From the NCBI GenBank assembly GCA_048886685.1, contig JBHLKM010000020.1:1-64000 (forward strand): 64,000 bases of DNA. Direction: 5' to 3'. Below the pieces are notes generated by a model, which had not been told where the DNA came from, searched no databases, and saw only the letters and a list, made by a program, of their open reading frames with translations. Below are positions 59,901 through 64,000 of the stretch, in pieces. Each line of letters begins with the position of its first letter. Positions within the stretch are counted from its first letter, which is position 1. The translations under genes and the position numbers were made by a program. This DNA is from Candidatus Hodarchaeota archaeon. Lineage in GTDB: Archaea > Asgardarchaeota > Lokiarchaeia > Sigyniarchaeales > SOKP01.

Positions 59901-62900
59901 TGGCGTCAAAGTTTTTTACCTGCAGGACAGGGAAGATTTCAAGCTGATATTCAATTTGAGACTTTTGGCACAACATATCTAAATGTATTGGTTTATCGGC
60001 AACAGTGGGCATATATTACATATTCATATGATGGTACTTATTTAAGGGCATATACGGATGGTGAGTTAGGAAGTAGTCAATATATTGGAGGTTTTCCTTT
60101 AATCACAGATACAAGCTCCTTTTATTTAGGTAGGTTTGATAGCTTCAAGGGATTTTTAGATGAATTTCGCGTTTCAAGTGTGTCGAGATCTGATGGATGG
60201 ATTGCCGCGGAATACAATAATCAATATAGCCCTAATACTTTTTACAATGTAGGCGATGAGGAGTATTCAAAACCAATAGCATTTGTTGATGCTCAAATTA
60301 ACGCTGTGGATTTATATGGTAATTTTCTACCAAATGTAACCATTTCTATGTACCAAAATATCGATTTAATAGAGTCAGATATTACTAATGGCAATGGTGC
60401 TGTTAGTTTTACAAACATTATTAAAGGAGAATATAATTTTACGGCAACGATAAGCTCAATTATCGCTAATGTAACTGAGCCTGTGAACGTCACACCCCAA
60501 GCAATTTTACTTGATGAAGCATTTCAAACTATTACTTTAATTTGCAATATAACTTCTCATTTCTTCGAAATTATTGATCTAGATAGCAGTCCTGTTGAAT
60601 CTGGATGGATCATGGTTGGAAATGACACCCATATACTTCAAAAGTGCGTAATAGATCTTACAGGGCATACCACCTTTCGATGGGTGGAGGCCCCTCCTTC
60701 GGAGTATAATTATACGATCTATTATCGTGATATTATATATAATCCCTCTACTCTTGAACTTGCCTCAGGAGATATTACTACAGAGAATGCTACTATACAA
60801 GTTCAAGTGGATCTCACAACCATAGAGTTTACAGTGCTAACCCTTGATTCTCCGATAACTCCTGTGAGTGGGGCTAAGCTCAAGTTAACTGTGGGTGATC
60901 CTTTCGGAGCGAGTATAGTAAATTTAACAACGAATCTTGACGGGAAAGCCACCTTGCGGTGGCTGGATTCCTCAGGAATAGGTGATGATTATTGTTTACA
61001 GATTGAATTTTTTGGAGAAAATCGATTATTCAATGATACTATAACTTTAACCAGTTTTGCAAATAACCTAAGTTTTACAGTCGTAAACAAGGATTCTATG
61101 GAGTTAAGAATTTCAATTAATCTGAATTTGTTCCAAACAGAATTAATATCCCTAAATCCCACAGATTATATAGACGTTGAATGGGGCTCATTATTGAAGT
61201 TACGAGCCTTATTTAATGTAAGTAGAGTTGAAACGGGCTATAAACACCTTTTAGGCCCTTCTTATGCAGATTCCATGATATATGAAGTGTTGTTAGGAGG
61301 AGATAATGTTCTTTCTGGATCATTTTTAAAAGAGGTTGAGAATGATGGAAGATATTTTGTGAATTTAGATACAAGCCAAATATCTAGCAATGAAAAATAT
61401 ATAATCATTGTTTCAGCATATAAATCTGGATATTCACTTCCTTCAGATTTAATATTCCAACTAGAAATTTCAGAAAAGCAAATTCAATTGAATCAGTCGG
61501 ATAATGATGATTCCGGTTCATCAGCATATTGGTTAGAGAGCGTCAATATGACACTGAACTCTTACGGTCAAAACTCTGAAACACTTACCATAGAAAATGC
61601 TCTTTTTCAAAGTGTTGACCACGAATTTAATTTTATGATTTCTGATGTTCACCAACAATGGAATTTATCCAAAATTGTGTTTAATATTTATGATATTTCA
61701 TGGAACACTGATATCTCAAATATTAATATTACTATTGAAGATGCTTATGGCTCTTTTTCCTATACATTTGATAACTCTACTCATAGTGGGTGGGATTACA
61801 CTCAAGGTACATGGACAGGAATCACTCTTACTTTAAACCAAGCGAGTGGAACAAATGATAATACTTTTGAGTTTATAATCAGTGGTACGTTTGATGGGAC
61901 TGTTGATATTATCGCTGATGCTTATTTTATAAGAGATGCGCTCAACGTGCAATATTCCAAATTTAATGTCAGTAATGAGCTTTTTCTCTTAACTGAAATA
62001 GAAGGGTGGGCAATTAAAAATATGACTTTCGAGATCTCGAACTGTTATTATACCTCTAACTGGAGTAAGGTGGATTTATCAACCCTTACTAATTTAAATA
62101 TCACTACAAACGAAAATTTTAAATATTCATTGGATTACGGCTATTTAGATGGAACAGGAATTTTAACCATAGATGACAGAATTATTTATCCTTTAGGAAA
62201 TCAATTCCTATTTACAGTTGAAAGCTTCCCAGATGTAATATTTGATGCGATTATAAAAGTTGATTATATTCAGGAATTTTATAAAACTCATACGTTGGAA
62301 ACCTATAATCTTACCAAGACAGAGCAAGGAGTTAGTAATGGTGGATTATTTCAAATAGATTTAAGTCAAAATAGTTGGACTAACCAAGAAGCAATATTAT
62401 GGATCACAAATATTAAAGATGGTTCAAATTATTACTTTCCATCAGAGGTAGGTATGAATATCACAATTGGAAGCCAGACTTATAGCATTTCAGATTTCGC
62501 AAGAGGAACCGGAAAGATTTCATTAAAGGGTTTTAATATTAATCAAATATTTCAAGCAGTCATTGACACATCTCCCTATGTTAATTTTAGCTTGGTGCTT
62601 TCAGTTAAATATGTACGATCTGTATCGTATGAAGTCGTCGGTTCTTTGTCTTACACTATATTGGAAGCACCTTCCGCGTTTGGAACAGTTCAATATGATT
62701 CAAACTTAGGATATTATCTAAAAACAATCGAAACTTCTCTACTTGATGCCGATGATTATACTGTAAGATTCACCATCAATAAAGATCATTATCAGCTCAA
62801 AATAAAAGATCTCAAATTAAAAATTTCAAATCGTCCTACTTTGCTAAATAGTTCTTCCGAATTCTTCAGAAAAATAGAATCAATTTATGTGAACGATTTG

Positions 62901-64000
62901 GTAAATTTTACTTTTGTATATATTGATGATCTAAAGGGTACAAAAATTACTGATTTAAGTTCTCAATTCTATATTTGGGAAAGCTATGATCAAGCGGGAA
63001 ATGTAATTGACACAGGACAGGGAAATCTTATCTCTACTTTAGATAATACATATATTTTGGATTTTGATACTCAAAATCGAGCAGTTGGAGAGTATCTATT
63101 AGTTCTTACAGTTGACAAAAATAATTATGATCGAAAGAATGGGATGCTCCTTCTTACTATTAATAAACGGATACTTAATTATTCTCTAAGTGAGAACTTT
63201 AAGGATTTTAAATCTAGTGTCGTCCAAGGTAAAACAGTCCCTATAGAATTAACTTTGACAGATCCTACACAAGGAGATATATGGGTAAATAATGCGACAG
63301 TGGAGTTGATAATTGGGAGTACTACGTTTGAGTTAGTACCAATTGGAAATGGAACTTATACTTATGAATTTTCCACTAAGGATATAAACGCTTTTTTCAC
63401 ATCCAAAACTATTACAGGAAAGATAAACATTACAAGAGAGAATTATGTTTCTGAAGAATTTTCTGTTATAATTGTTGTTAAAATGGAGGAAATATTCCCT
63501 GGAATACCAACTTTTTATTTCTTATTGGTATCTTCTGCGGTTCTAGTCTTGGTAGGCAGCATTGTTGGATATAAAGTTTATCAGAATGCAAAAATCCCAT
63601 CATTCGTGAAGAAAGTAAGGACAATGAAAAAATCAATAAAAGGGAATAAAGATATACCTGAATCTGTTTTATACCGGAATAAAGAAGTTTTTATTGCAGA
63701 AAGAGTAAGTAATAAATGGGAAAAACTTGGATTCTCTTTAGGTGAAATATTAGAAATAGAGGGCAAAATTGAAAAAGCTACAAAGGAAAAGAGATTAAGC
63801 GAAATTGTAAAAGTGCATGAGATAAAACCGATTGGATTAATCTTCATGAGATGGGATGAAAGGATTGGAACAGAAATTATGGCTAAATATCCACAAGAAA
63901 TTGTAATTTCTGAAAAAACCCTTATGCAAGTATACAGTACACATGAATATAGCGGTGAAAAAGGAGTTATAACTCTCACTGCAGGCTCGATGAATATCAT
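56946..64000 (+). CDS. Second giant surface protein, tandem paralog of 48751-56784; 3' end beyond the window
   Basis: Not in the ORF track because there is no stop. ATG 56946 (MKTSRNQLITIKK...) is in frame with the window end (...GVITLTAGSMNI). Same three repeats, stalk, TM (about 63503-63570) and PIGLIFMRWDERIG cytoplasmic domain. Confidence 0.88.
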   Translation, partial: MKTSRNQLITIKKRITVLSLLLFVLIIPLILSSPLFSNLYRTNFAEDNDDKVNDKTELTPKLSAPFNAHYFKYYKLITIDHNQVSGTSGLTNFPFLLSIYDADLRSDVQSDGDDIAFSLTNVWLDHEIEVFNQTYNGTHAKLVVWVRIPVLSVIIDSIIRMYYGNNTMSSRQNPKGVWDNNYKAVYHMNQNPSSSSVLDSTSNNYDFTPGSGFVSGDLVDGIIGKAIEFGGVNTQYLELTSGFSNPTTSLSLEMWFRPQLFNTYQRYFTARWSYPDLRLLADNSISTRIRNNLGNISSTQSTILWLDQYYHFVMTWQGGSVGRQKHYLNGTLITDDYDAEALGTSSSWTGYNLGSDTDHTDPIGAFIEEFRISSNVRSADWYETEFNNQYNPNSFYTIGAEQEVVWEPPNAHYFTYYKLITIDQNEVSGTGIHTNFPYLFSFIDYDLRYHAQPDGDDIAFAVDGDWLDHDIILFNQTYNKTHAELRVWVQIPSLYTTKDTIITMFYGNSTMSSRENPEGVWDSGYAAVYHLDDDFLDSTTNNRDGTNSGSVDVIGKIGDGQDFEHDDGSDNIDIGTWSISGYQITIQAWVKYESFDSIWSGYSDARILSKNSGSSDGSEYHVWMLGTYNESVNENGPYNLRGRIKTGMDDATGTSTVEATDPSGRLSIDEWYLISIKYDGTNIYLVLDGNTVLTQSKTGPLRENSWPIFIGNSPTGNRPIDAIIDEVRISSVIRSDDWLKTEYDNQNDPTSFGTVGEENVLNEDPPNALYFDYHKVITIDHTKVNGTGSHVNFPFLISILDEDLRYDVQSDGDDIAFSLDGQWLDHQIELFNQSYSSSQAKLITWVRIPFLSTVLNTSIIMHYGNDSMSSLQNPEGVWVAYKAVWHLNEQSGSGYYIKDSTSNSYDGSPFGTQFIDSGQIDGSRSFSGIGDNRIIIDRGSEFFDGDNMFTFSFWIYPNYEDDLEWQSMTDRWVFSKTSSVRMSRLWRQSFLPAGQGRFQADIQFETFGTTYLNVLVYRQQWAYITYSYDGTYLRAYTDGELGSSQYIGGFPLITDTSSFYLGRFDSFKGFLDEFRVSSVSRSDGWIAAEYNNQYSPNTFYNVGDEEYSKPIAFVDAQINAVDLYGNFLPNVTISMYQNIDLIESDITNGNGAVSFTNIIKGEYNFTATISSIIANVTEPVNVTPQAILLDEAFQTITLICNITSHFFEIIDLDSSPVESGWIMVGNDTHILQKCVIDLTGHTTFRWVEAPPSEYNYTIYYRDIIYNPSTLELASGDITTENATIQVQVDLTTIEFTVLTLDSPITPVSGAKLKLTVGDPFGASIVNLTTNLDGKATLRWLDSSGIGDDYCLQIEFFGENRLFNDTITLTSFANNLSFTVVNKDSMELRISINLNLFQTELISLNPTDYIDVEWGSLLKLRALFNVSRVETGYKHLLGPSYADSMIYEVLLGGDNVLSGSFLKEVENDGRYFVNLDTSQISSNEKYIIIVSAYKSGYSLPSDLIFQLEISEKQIQLNQSDNDDSGSSAYWLESVNMTLNSYGQNSETLTIENALFQSVDHEFNFMISDVHQQWNLSKIVFNIYDISWNTDISNINITIEDAYGSFSYTFDNSTHSGWDYTQGTWTGITLTLNQASGTNDNTFEFIISGTFDGTVDIIADAYFIRDALNVQYSKFNVSNELFLLTEIEGWAIKNMTFEISNCYYTSNWSKVDLSTLTNLNITTNENFKYSLDYGYLDGTGILTIDDRIIYPLGNQFLFTVESFPDVIFDAIIKVDYIQEFYKTHTLETYNLTKTEQGVSNGGLFQIDLSQNSWTNQEAILWITNIKDGSNYYFPSEVGMNITIGSQTYSISDFARGTGKISLKGFNINQIFQAVIDTSPYVNFSLVLSVKYVRSVSYEVVGSLSYTILEAPSAFGTVQYDSNLGYYLKTIETSLLDADDYTVRFTINKDHYQLKIKDLKLKISNRPTLLNSSSEFFRKIESIYVNDLVNFTFVYIDDLKGTKITDLSSQFYIWESYDQAGNVIDTGQGNLISTLDNTYILDFDTQNRAVGEYLLVLTVDKNNYDRKNGMLLLTINKRILNYSLSENFKDFKSSVVQGKTVPIELTLTDPTQGDIWVNNATVELIIGSTTFELVPIGNGTYTYEFSTKDINAFFTSKTITGKINITRENYVSEEFSVIIVVKMEEIFPGIPTFYFLLVSSAVLVLVGSIVGYKVYQNAKIPSFVKKVRTMKKSIKGNKDIPESVLYRNKEVFIAERVSNKWEKLGFSLGEILEIEGKIEKATKEKRLSEIVKVHEIKPIGLIFMRWDERIGTEIMAKYPQEIVISEKTLMQVYSTHEYSGEKGVITLTAGSMNI
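60549..61040 (+). repeat. 492-bp exact repeat, copy 2
   Basis: Identical to 52408-52899. Confidence 0.9.

Noticed and set aside
544-64000. Short antisense or alternative-frame ORFs in the track (e.g. 544-786, 3029-3328, 8426-8827, 25046-25441, 55440-55805, 63581-64000)
   Set aside because: They are shadow ORFs overlapping well-supported genes and have no recognisable motifs.
48751-64000. Diversity-generating retroelement acting on the giant paralogs
   Set aside because: No reverse transcriptase in the window; the repeat is exact rather than adenine-mutated and lies in the stalk, not a terminal variable region.
1-64000. CRISPR array, rRNA, tRNA or IS transposase
   Set aside because: No regularly spaced repeats, RNA-gene signatures or transposase motifs were seen by eye.

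Overview
AT-rich archaeal chromosome window with no rRNA, tRNA or CRISPR array visible. The gene content points to an Asgard archaeon, probably Lokiarchaeia (inference): many longin/roadblock-fold proteins, a multidomain double small GTPase, a TPR-longin protein, giant single-pass surface proteins and GGTGA-type Shine-Dalgarno motifs. Main content: (1) housekeeping and redox genes at 1-8.3 kb; (2) a three-gene operon of surface protein, longin/winged-helix protein and TrmB-like protein; (3) a nearly complete modified (Aeropyrum-type) mevalonate/isoprenoid cluster at 24-36.5 kb; (4) a GH38 alpha-mannosidase whose conserved HWDRE-WY motif is interrupted by a 30-nt stop-containing insert that folds into a bulge-helix-bulge (BHB) motif, i.e. 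a candidate archaeal mRNA intron, lying head-to-head with a free-standing LAGLIDADG endonuclease-like gene; (5) a double GTPase divergent from two tandem giant DUF2341/LamG-like receptor-like genes whose cytoplasmic tail is homologous to the stand-alone protein in operon (2). The BHB mRNA intron and the fused/split receptor-longin system are the strongest candidates for undescribed biology. All family calls come from motif recognition by eye; no database searches were run.
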